Shown: positions 1 to 7,980 of the stretch, piece after piece
How the letters are laid out: each line of letters starts with the position of its first letter
Numbering within the stretch: the stretch's first letter is position 1
Assembly: GCA_037443685.1 (NCBI GenBank)
Contig: JBBINX010000005.1
Span: 1 to 62,380 of the forward strand
Direction: 5' to 3'
Source of the DNA: Ignavibacteriales bacterium
GTDB taxonomy: Bacteria; Bacteroidota; Ignavibacteria; UBA10030; BY39
DNA length: 62,380 nucleotides
Translations under genes and position numbers: made by a program
The notes under the pieces: model-generated
Seen by the model: the letters and a program-made list of their open reading frames with translations, nothing else
The model's database searches: none
What the model was told of the DNA's origin: nothing

Positions 1-1
1 C

Positions 2-2626
2 CTTATTGATTTCTTCCAAGGTCCGATTGCCTATATTCCCGGCGTAACTTTCATCGACAATAATAGTAACGGTGTCTATGATGAGGGGGTTGATGTAGCG
101 AACGATACTGCTCATAATGTTCAGGGACAAGTTCGCGGTATCGCTCTACATCCTGGTGCGAAGAATATGGGTTTATCTTCGTTCGTTCATTACATGCAGA
201 GCCATGCTACATTAGGCGACCCAGCAACAAGGTATGAGGCAAGAAATTATATGCTTGGAAGAGATAAGAACGGAGACCCACTTAATCCGTGTACTTGGGC
301 GTTCGGAACTGTAAAAGGTGGAATCGATTGTAATACAATTAATAATAAATTCTGGTACTCAGGCAATCCGGTACAAGATATAGGTTGGATAAATAGTGTA
401 CCTATAGACCAGAGACAGATGTCCAACACAGGACCATTTCGATTAGAAAAAGGGAAACCTGTTGATATTGTTGTTGCTTACGTGGTTGGAAGAGGTACAA
501 ATGCATTAAACAGCATTACAAAAGCAAAAGAATTCGATATAGTAGCTCAAAAAATATTCGATCTAAATTTTCCATCACCACCCCCACCCCCACCTATTGA
601 ATATTTAACAAAAACCGGAAAGAATTTTATTGATATTGTTTGGAATACTGATAAATATGTTAAATATCGTGCTGTTGATACGGTATTGGATATTGACAGA
701 AGGTTTGAAGGTTATTACGTAACTGCATATAGAACAAATACAAAACAAACTAGTATTGCGGGTGTTGTAACTGCCAAAGAAATTGCAAACTACGATATGA
801 ATAATTTTATAAATAATATTTATACAAAATTATCTAACGGAGGAGAGGATTTAATAAGATCTGAAGGTACGGAGTTGGATAAACTGTCACCAACAGTGTA
901 TGGTGATCCTAAAACAGGAAGAATCCGATTTAGAATTGATAAAGATCCTTTTACAGGGTCTCCGCTAATCAAAGGTAAAGAATATTATTTTGCGATTACT
1001 GCTTATTTCTTAAATCACAGAGTCATTGTGAATAAATCTACACGAACATATGGTCCTCCAGGTGATTATGTAGATTTGACAGGTGGTGGATTTGAAGAGT
1101 TTGAAACTCAGATCATAAGGGTTGTATTTGATAATGATATGTATGCACCATCAGCTTTACCTGGTAGTGGACAAATTGCAGGTGGTGCATCACAAGGAGA
1201 GGTTAAATTCTTGCCGGTATATAATGATTCCCTTACAGGTAACGAATATAGTGTAGAATTTTTCAAAGATGAGCAATCGGCAACATATTCTACTTTCTGG
1301 AAACTGAAAAATGTCTCTACAAATACGGTTCTGATTGATTCTAGTAAAAATTATGATTTCGATACAACAAAAATTGCCGGCTTAGTAACCGATGGCTTTG
1401 TTCTGAAAGTAAAACCAGTTTCTCCCGAGATCGGATATACAAAAACTACTTATACTCCCACAACTAATAAGTGGTATAAGAGTTTTTCAGACGCTAGTGG
1501 AACTGGTGTATTTTATGTAGGGACTGATATTCCACAAGGCAAACCTATAACTATCTTTAATAATAATTCCGCTCGCTCATCAGCCATTACTTTTGATAAG
1601 GCTCGAACAGTAGAAATACGTTTCGGAACAGGAGGGAAAGCTTACCGGTACTTAAACGGATTTATTGGAATTAATTTCTTAGCTCGTAGATCTTCGTATG
1701 TTTATGCTGCTGGTGTAACTGCTGCTGATACTTTAGGTGGTAGCTCGACAAACGGAAGAGGTTTTGTTGGTAAACTCGGAGAAGGGTTTGTAGATGTACC
1801 ATTTACAGCCTGGGTTAAAGATAATAGGTTCAAAGAAGAACGACAATTAGCTGTTGGTTTTATCGAAATGAGTCGTTTTTATGGAGGAAGACCTGATGGA
1901 GTATGGACTCCAGGAGATTCGTTAAGAAATAATGAACAAATTATCATTTTTGATGCTCCTTACGACCCAACGGGAAATCAGATTGAATATATGTATACAG
2001 ATATAACTCCTGCGGCACCAAATAAGGTATTTTCTGATGTTATTAACAGAAATCCAAATGGATACCGCCTTCCCGATTCAACCGTAATTCCAAGTTCGAA
2101 AATGGCAATAGTAAAATCACAATGGTATAATGCTATGTATGTAGTTGGATTCTTTAGACTTACTGACACATCGATGTATCAAAGTGGTGATATATTTACT
2201 ATCCCTCTAACTTCATATCCCTATACAAGTTCAGATATATTTACATTTAAAACACTTGCAAGAGGTGAATTAACAACTGAACAGAAAAAGTCGTTGTTCG
2301 ATAAAGTAAACGTATTCCCGAATCCGTTATTTGCATATAATCCAGCAACGAGTTTTGAGAATACAAACTCTGACGAACCTTTTGTAACTTTCTCAAATTT
2401 ACCTGTCGATGTAAATATAAAAATATATACATTATCTGGTATATTATTAAGAACGCTAACCAAAACTCAACCCAGTTCACCCTTCTTGCGATGGGATCTA
2501 CAAAATGAGGAAGGTTTAAGAGTTGCCTCAGGTATGTATCTTGCGATAGTAACATCGCCTGAATATGGGTCGAAAATATTGAAGTTCGCTGTAATTATGC
2601 CACAAAAACAAATTCAACGGTATTAA
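2..2626 (+). CDS. Large secreted surface protein, 5'-truncated by the window edge; FN3-like middle segment and T9SS-type C-terminal sorting domain; paralog of 10994..14515
   Basis: The frame is open from the window edge (LIDFFQGPIAYIPGVTFIDNN... precedes the first ATG at 167). It aligns by eye with roughly residues 370-1173 of the 10994..14515 product: GYDFLQGP, SGPFRL, a poly-Pro linker plus FN3-like stretch, and the C-terminus VFPNPLFAYNP...LRWDLQNEEG..ASGMYLAIV versus VYPNPYYAYNP...LRWDLNNEDN..ASGMYIVHV. Confidence 0.8.
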   Translation, partial: LIDFFQGPIAYIPGVTFIDNNSNGVYDEGVDVANDTAHNVQGQVRGIALHPGAKNMGLSSFVHYMQSHATLGDPATRYEARNYMLGRDKNGDPLNPCTWAFGTVKGGIDCNTINNKFWYSGNPVQDIGWINSVPIDQRQMSNTGPFRLEKGKPVDIVVAYVVGRGTNALNSITKAKEFDIVAQKIFDLNFPSPPPPPPIEYLTKTGKNFIDIVWNTDKYVKYRAVDTVLDIDRRFEGYYVTAYRTNTKQTSIAGVVTAKEIANYDMNNFINNIYTKLSNGGEDLIRSEGTELDKLSPTVYGDPKTGRIRFRIDKDPFTGSPLIKGKEYYFAITAYFLNHRVIVNKSTRTYGPPGDYVDLTGGGFEEFETQIIRVVFDNDMYAPSALPGSGQIAGGASQGEVKFLPVYNDSLTGNEYSVEFFKDEQSATYSTFWKLKNVSTNTVLIDSSKNYDFDTTKIAGLVTDGFVLKVKPVSPEIGYTKTTYTPTTNKWYKSFSDASGTGVFYVGTDIPQGKPITIFNNNSARSSAITFDKARTVEIRFGTGGKAYRYLNGFIGINFLARRSSYVYAAGVTAADTLGGSSTNGRGFVGKLGEGFVDVPFTAWVKDNRFKEERQLAVGFIEMSRFYGGRPDGVWTPGDSLRNNEQIIIFDAPYDPTGNQIEYMYTDITPAAPNKVFSDVINRNPNGYRLPDSTVIPSSKMAIVKSQWYNAMYVVGFFRLTDTSMYQSGDIFTIPLTSYPYTSSDIFTFKTLARGELTTEQKKSLFDKVNVFPNPLFAYNPATSFENTNSDEPFVTFSNLPVDVNIKIYTLSGILLRTLTKTQPSSPFLRWDLQNEEGLRVASGMYLAIVTSPEYGSKILKFAVIMPQKQIQRY

Positions 2627-2635
2627 TTTAATAGT

Positions 2636-2662
2636 GTGCGGCAGTGTTTTTTACTGCCGCAC
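2636..2662 (+). terminator. Hairpin between the large cargo gene and the PorV-like gene (possible attenuator or partial terminator)
   Basis: Perfect 10-bp stem gtgcggcagt / actgccgcac with loop gtttttt, followed by only ttt. It overlaps the ORF-track GTG start at 2634. Confidence 0.5.
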
Positions 2663-2690
2663 TTTAGAATATTTTAAAAATAGGAGAATA

Positions 2691-3719
2691 ATGAATATGA
2701 GAAAATTTATAACAGTCTTAATATTATCGGTAATATTCTCTACCTTGTTGATGGCAGGAGACGTATCGAGAAAAGGTACATCTGGTGCGGAACAATTGCT
2801 GATTCCCGTAGGAGCAAGGGGAATTGCAACTGGTGGAGCATTTTTATCGAATATTTCAGGAATGGAAGCAATATATTATAATCCAGCTGGTTTGGATTAC
2901 GTGAAGCGGACTGAAGGGATGTTCAGTTATATGTCATATATAGCCGACATTAATATTTCGTATATTGCAGTTGGAACGAGTATCGAAAATTTGGGGACAT
3001 TTGCTCTTAGTTTCAAGACTCTAGATTTTGGAGATATCCCCATTACCACTTTTGACAGTCCAGATGGAATTGGAGCTAATTATTCACCACAATATTATAT
3101 TGCTGGCTTATCTTATTCCAAAATGATAAATGATAGGGTTACGATCGGAATAAATACAAAATTTATTAATGAAACCATTATGAGTGTTAATGCAAACGGT
3201 TTCGCAATTGATTTTGGTGTACAATATCGATTTAGACAAAACTTCTCCCTCGGCGCTGTAGTAAAAAATATTGGAACAAATATGAGATACCAAGGCACTG
3301 ATTTACAGGTAAAAACACCTATTCCTAATAGTCAACCCGGAACAGTACCTGGTGTTTATGAAGCTGCGACTGAACCATTCCAGATTCCAAGTTATTTTTC
3401 TTTGAGCATTGCATATGATTATGCACTTAACGAACAGAACAAATTAATTATCGGTTCAACGTTCACAAATAACAATACATACGAAGACGAACTAAAACTT
3501 GGTTTAGAATACGGCTTCATGAATTCATTCTTCTTACGTGGAGGTTATAATACCATTGTAAAGAATGTTGATAAATCTATATACGGTTTAACATTTGGTG
3601 CTGGGGTTGATTATAAATTTATTGAAGGTATCGGTTTGGTTTTTGATTATGCATATAGAGATATCAAAGATTTTCCAACCCCTAATCACGTGTTCACAAT
3701 AAAGATATTTGTTGATTAA
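2691..3719 (+). CDS. PorV/PorQ-family outer-membrane beta-barrel protein (T9SS-associated), copy 1
   Basis: Signal peptide MNMRKFITVLILSVIFSTLLMA. N-terminal signature GAEQLLIPVGARGIATGG....EAIYYNPAGL, typical of PorV/PorQ. Alternating beta-strand pattern through to the C-terminal HVFTIKIFVD. About 45% identical by eye to 14553..15599. Start moved to ATG 2691 (AGGAG at 2683-2687) because 2634..2690 covers the hairpin. Confidence 0.75.
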   Translation: MNMRKFITVLILSVIFSTLLMAGDVSRKGTSGAEQLLIPVGARGIATGGAFLSNISGMEAIYYNPAGLDYVKRTEGMFSYMSYIADINISYIAVGTSIENLGTFALSFKTLDFGDIPITTFDSPDGIGANYSPQYYIAGLSYSKMINDRVTIGINTKFINETIMSVNANGFAIDFGVQYRFRQNFSLGAVVKNIGTNMRYQGTDLQVKTPIPNSQPGTVPGVYEAATEPFQIPSYFSLSIAYDYALNEQNKLIIGSTFTNNNTYEDELKLGLEYGFMNSFFLRGGYNTIVKNVDKSIYGLTFGAGVDYKFIEGIGLVFDYAYRDIKDFPTPNHVFTIKIFVD

Positions 3720-3793
3720 TAAAAGCGTGTAAATGTCTAATCTGCCGGTTTGTCGGGCAGGATGCCACGCCTCTTACGGTGTGGAGATTTATT

Positions 3794-3832
3794 GTGTAGG
3801 TTGAGTTTTTTACTCAACCTACACTTTTTTTT
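3794..3832 (+). terminator. Rho-independent terminator
   Basis: Perfect 12-bp stem gtgtaggttgag / ctcaacctacac, 7-nt loop, then a T8 run. Confidence 0.85.
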
Positions 3833-3843
3833 ATAAGAACCTT

Positions 3844-4026
3844 TATCCCGAAAAATGCATTAGAAAATGGTTACTTCCAACAATTTATTAATGCCTGATG
3901 GTTTGTAATAAAATAGTTATTCACTTTTTTGAATGTTCTTAGTAATAGTGTCCTTAATTTGTTTTGTATCAATAGCTTACGGTGAGCTAACTTTAAAATG
4001 ATTTCTCAAATATATTTTTCGGGATA
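3844..4026. repeat. Perfect 13-bp inverted repeat flanking a 157-bp AT-rich segment
   Basis: tatcccgaaaaat (3844-3856) is the exact reverse complement of atttttcgggata (4014-4026). Confidence 0.6.
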
Positions 4027-4544
4027 AACCTGACCTACCAGGGAATGTGATAGGGTGGTGCGTTTATAATGATGGCGTTCCACCAGATCAGAGGAGATAG
4101 ACTGATGTAGTGCCACAACGGATAAACAAAAAAAAACAGTATTTAATTACAGCTTCCCTGAACCACACAGTGGAAAAATTTTTATTGTAAGATACAGAAT
4201 TGTGAAAAAAGAAACTCAGCGTTTGCTTGATTCAGTGTATTTAGCATTTGGGCTGATCCTGATTTAGAATATTTTTCAGACAACTCGGCTGCCTGTTATA
4301 CATTTTCAAATTCAGGATACATATATATCAATGGAGCTGATTTTGGTATTAATCCTCTGGTTATTTTAGTAGGATTTTTCAAGGTACTTTTAAGGATAAA
4401 CCGTGTGTAACTTTTATTGATAATAACGAAAATGTTGAATATGATGAGGGCATTGATATACAATTGATGAATGCTTACAATATCAAAAGAATGATGTTAG
4501 GAATAAACATAACAGAAACTAAAAAAAAGATACCTATCCGATAA
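4023..4544 (+). pseudogene. Frameshifted remnant of a third copy of the large T9SS cargo gene family
   Basis: Three reading-frame pieces match the paralogs in order. DKPDLPGNVIGWCVYNDG matches ..PADQVIWTVINDLD. KIFIVRYRIVKKE...LDSVYLA/WADPDLEYFSDN...GYIYINGA matches NLYFKKIKFTNKG...IDSMFIAQWSDPDLGAFGDD...GFVYNGL. LVGFFKVL...VTFIDNNENVEYDEGID matches LIDFFQGPIAYIPGVTFIDNNSNGVYDEGVD at the window start. Stops and at least two frameshifts lie between the pieces. Confidence 0.65.
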
Positions 4545-4659
4545 CTGCTCTAAAAAACCTTGATTATAATATTGACTGTGATTATATTAATTATAGTAAA
4601 CTGTTGTAGAAAAATAAATCAATCGAAGAATGTATTTATAAAAAAATGAAGGTGATAAA

Positions 4660-7600
4660 ATGAAACCGTCGTCAATTCTTAGTTTAATTTTACTTTTTAT
4701 CTTTATTAGTGAATTGTCCGCAATTCAACCCCCTCGACCAGGTGTTAAACCTTCGCCTCAAGTGATCAAAGAATTTCAAGAAATACAAAAAGACTATCGT
4801 ACTGGGTATTGGGCAGACCGGATAGAGGCAAGGTATAAAATACTGCAAGAAAATCCAGAATATCTTTATACACGAAGAGAAATATTCGTTGATTCAATTT
4901 ATGCTCCTACATTACTCGGTTATTATACTGATTTACTGCCAGTTTATACTCGAGCACAATTTCAAGCTGTTTTATGGGATGGTCCAAACCCCACTGGAAC
5001 TGTTACAGATTATTATCGAGAAGTATCTTATGGTAATATGGAACTCTCTGGTTATTGTGAAAATTGGTCACCGGTGTTAGGTCCTGTTGCTAATTACAGT
5101 CCAGGTTCCTCAGCAGGAGGAAGAAAATTCGTTTGGGAACTTCTTCAATCAAGTGATATTCACGTAGATTTTAGTAAATATGTTCAAACGATTGATGCAA
5201 ATGGAAACGGACATGTCCCCTTCTTAGTGGTTATACACACCGGTGGAGGTGCAGAAGCCGGTGCTCCAAACATTTGGTCGCATCGTTCGGATTTTAGTGG
5301 AACGTATGGCAAATTTTATAGCAACGATACATTACCGAATGGAAAACGAGTTATCGTGGATGGTCCTTATGCGATTCAACCTGAAATGCTGGGGAGTAGT
5401 AATACTGGTGGTGCTATCCAAACTATAGGTGTATTTGCTCATGAGCTAGGACATATATTTAATATTCCGGATCTATATGATGTTTCGGGTCAAGGTGAAG
5501 GGATTGGCGGCTGGTGCTTAATGGCTTCAGGAAGTTATGGTGGTGACCAAAGAAACTCTGCAAAACCTTCTCACATGTCAGCGTGGTGTAAAGAACGAAT
5601 GGGTTGGGTGGTACCTACGGTAGTTACTTCAAATTTAGATAACCAAGTTTTACAACCTGTGGAGTGGACGCAGCAAATTTATAAATTATGGAGAAACGGT
5701 GTACCAGGACAACAATATTTCTTAATTGAAAATAGGCAAAAAACCGGATTCGATATTTCGTTACTCGAAAGTGGTTTATTAATCTTCCACGTTGACAACA
5801 CAATCGCATCTCAAAACAATCCGAATAGATATAAGGTTGATTTAGAACAATCAGATGGGATGAGGCATCTAAACCTTAAAACTAATAGAGGCGATACTGG
5901 CGATCCATATCCAGGGTCTGGAGGTTCTAATAATCCAAACCGAATATTTGATGGATATTCTACTCCAAATAGCAGAGATTATTCGAACTTGACCACGGGA
6001 GTTATTGTTGGAAATATCAGAAAAGTAGATACTTTAATATTGGCAAATATTTCGGTGTGGGATACTGTAACTGTAGCCCCAGCATTTACAAATGTAACGA
6101 TTACAGCTGGTGTTTCTGATTCGAGCGAAAGTTATGGTGTATCTGCAGTCGATTATGATAACGACGGCTGGACAGATATCTATGTTGCTAACCGCACAGC
6201 AAACCGCCTGTACAAAAACAATCACAACGGTACGTTCACAAATACAGCAGTTACTGCTGGAGTTGCAGACGCTGATATCAACCGCTCTGGCATTTGGGCC
6301 GACTACGATAACGACGGGTTGAACGACCTATATGTTACAACTTATAACACAATTATTTTAACAAAGAAAAACAAACTTTATAAAAATAACGGTAATGGTA
6401 CATTTACTAACCAAACGACAAACGATCTAAGTTATGCCGATAAATCGATGGGTGCCGCATTCGCCGATTATAATAACGATGGCTACATAGATGTTTTCAT
6501 CACTCATGATATAAATAAAAGTCGTCTCTATAAAAATAATGGAGATGGAACTTTTACACTTGATACAATTTGCGGTATCAATTATCAAGCCAGGGGAAAT
6601 TCTGCCACTTGGGGTGATTATAATAATGACGGTTTTCTCGATCTTTATATAGTAACCAGAGAAGAAACTAAACCGAGCGCACTGTGGAAGAACAACGGTG
6701 ATGGTACATTTATCGATATGACAGCAATCGCCGGCGTGGGTAATAATTTAGTTGGATCAGGTGCAGCATGGGGCGATTTCGATAACGATGGTTTCCTTGA
6801 CCTCGCAGTCTGTAATGAAGGTGGAGAAAACAGATTATATAAAAACAACAAAGATGGTACATTTACCAATGTTGCATTATCTGCCGATATTCAGGATGGC
6901 GGTATTAACTATTCACCAGTTTTTATAGATTATGATTTAGATGGATACTTAGATTTATATATTGCCCGCATTGGACCTAATCGACTCTATAAAAATTTAG
7001 GCAATGGAACATTCACTGAAATTGCCGGTCGAATGGGAGTATCAACAAGTGCATCTACTATAAGTGCATCGGTTTTAGATTTCAACAACGATGGCTTTCC
7101 TGACATTTATTTAGGTAGTAGTTCAGCTACAATTTCTAATGTTCTTTATCGGCATGCTGGTTCAGTAAACAGATGGTTAAAAATTTCTGTAACTGGAACT
7201 GTGTCGAATCGAAATGCTATTGGAGCTAAAATTACAGCTATCACAGGGGGATTAAAACAGATACGAGAAATCAGCGGTGGAACAGGTTGTATGTCGCAAA
7301 ACAGTTATACTCAGTTCTTTGGATTTGGAACAGTAGCGACGATTGATTCTCTAATTATAAGATTCCCTTCGGGTGGAATTTATAAATTAGCTAATGTAGC
7401 TACGAATCAGCATTTGGTAATTGATGAAAGTATGGTATCAGCAGACGAGACTGCAACAGTACCGGATAAATTTTATATATCACAAAATTTTCCCAATCCG
7501 TTTAATCCAACAACCCAAATTAACTTTCAAATTCCAGAACGGGGTTATATAACGTTATCCGTTTTAGACATTTTAGGACGTGAGGTAGATGTAATATTGA

Positions 7601-7743
7601 AAAAGGAGCTGTCCGCCGGTAAGCACACGGTGTCTTGGGATGGTAGCAAATTTTGTTCCGGCATCTATTTCTATAGAATAATGATAAAAAGTAAAAATAC
7701 GTTGGTTACGACTCATATTAAGAAGATGATTCTGCTTAAATAA
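4660..7743 (+). CDS. Secreted M6-family (InhA-like) metalloprotease fused to seven FG-GAP/VCBS repeats, an ASPIC/UnbV-like domain and a T9SS type-A C-terminal domain
   Basis: Signal peptide present. Zinc motif HELGHIFNIPDLYD. Seven D(Y/F)(D/N)NDG(F/W/Y).D(I/L)Y repeats, each followed by LYKNNG(D/N)GTF. NRWLKISVTGTVSNRNAIGAKI (UnbV/ASPIC-like). C-terminal FPNPFNPTTQINFQIP...GIYFYRI. Confidence 0.8.
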   Translation: MKPSSILSLILLFIFISELSAIQPPRPGVKPSPQVIKEFQEIQKDYRTGYWADRIEARYKILQENPEYLYTRREIFVDSIYAPTLLGYYTDLLPVYTRAQFQAVLWDGPNPTGTVTDYYREVSYGNMELSGYCENWSPVLGPVANYSPGSSAGGRKFVWELLQSSDIHVDFSKYVQTIDANGNGHVPFLVVIHTGGGAEAGAPNIWSHRSDFSGTYGKFYSNDTLPNGKRVIVDGPYAIQPEMLGSSNTGGAIQTIGVFAHELGHIFNIPDLYDVSGQGEGIGGWCLMASGSYGGDQRNSAKPSHMSAWCKERMGWVVPTVVTSNLDNQVLQPVEWTQQIYKLWRNGVPGQQYFLIENRQKTGFDISLLESGLLIFHVDNTIASQNNPNRYKVDLEQSDGMRHLNLKTNRGDTGDPYPGSGGSNNPNRIFDGYSTPNSRDYSNLTTGVIVGNIRKVDTLILANISVWDTVTVAPAFTNVTITAGVSDSSESYGVSAVDYDNDGWTDIYVANRTANRLYKNNHNGTFTNTAVTAGVADADINRSGIWADYDNDGLNDLYVTTYNTIILTKKNKLYKNNGNGTFTNQTTNDLSYADKSMGAAFADYNNDGYIDVFITHDINKSRLYKNNGDGTFTLDTICGINYQARGNSATWGDYNNDGFLDLYIVTREETKPSALWKNNGDGTFIDMTAIAGVGNNLVGSGAAWGDFDNDGFLDLAVCNEGGENRLYKNNKDGTFTNVALSADIQDGGINYSPVFIDYDLDGYLDLYIARIGPNRLYKNLGNGTFTEIAGRMGVSTSASTISASVLDFNNDGFPDIYLGSSSATISNVLYRHAGSVNRWLKISVTGTVSNRNAIGAKITAITGGLKQIREISGGTGCMSQNSYTQFFGFGTVATIDSLIIRFPSGGIYKLANVATNQHLVIDESMVSADETATVPDKFYISQNFPNPFNPTTQINFQIPERGYITLSVLDILGREVDVILKKELSAGKHTVSWDGSKFCSGIYFYRIMIKSKNTLVTTHIKKMILLK

Positions 7744-7798
7744 TGAAATATAGGGGTTAAATTATTTTAATAAATATGTTATTTTTTTAATAAAATCC

Positions 7799-7829
7799 TT
7801 GACATAATTGAAGATATTTATTATCTTTG
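7799..7829 (+). promoter_or_regulatory. Candidate sigma-70-type promoter for the receptor/cargo/PorV-like operon
   Basis: TTGACA (7799-7804), 17-nt spacer, TATCTT (7822-7827). The tatctttg stretch also fits the Bacteroidota -7 consensus TAnnTTTG. It lies about 150 nt upstream of the ATG at 7981. Confidence 0.45.
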
Positions 7830-7980
7830 CAACGGAAGTTATGAGTTTTAAACAATATAACAACAACATAGGAGAGATTTATGAGGTTTTGTTCTAACTT
7901 TTTTTAACACACATCTTATCGTATCATTTTCAAATCAAATAATTTCATTTATTAACAACCTTAAAATAGGAGGTAAAATT

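Noticed and set aside
247-2555. Minus-strand ORFs of 60-102 aa inside the first large gene (247..429, 1978..2169, 2221..2463, 2247..2555)
   Set aside because: They lie antisense within a gene supported by paralogy. Their translations are low-complexity with no motifs. This is typical AT-rich shadow-ORF noise. The same reasoning applies to the other embedded antisense or alternative-frame ORFs in the track (e.g. 3108..3298, 4889..6869 set, 7935..8165, 9539..9736, 12343..12597, 13584..13820, 14525..14812, 15290..15526, 17326..17586, 18986..19219, 21229..21462, 23564..23761, 24902..25171, 26359..26640, 26762..26989, 27667..27900, 28143..28957, 34802..36023, 38967..39152, 40132..40961, 41742..41952, 42353..43172, 44366..45455, 46560..46760, 48009..48191, 50597..51036, 52017..53057, 54034..54321, 54763..54969, 56036..56245, 56965..57237, 58739..58921, 60318..60545, 62159..62341).
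2634-2690. GTG start at 2634 for the PorV-like gene (MCGSVFYCRTLEYF...)
   Set aside because: These codons are the arms of a perfect 10-bp hairpin. An ATG at 2691 with an AGGAG Shine-Dalgarno sequence gives a normal signal peptide.
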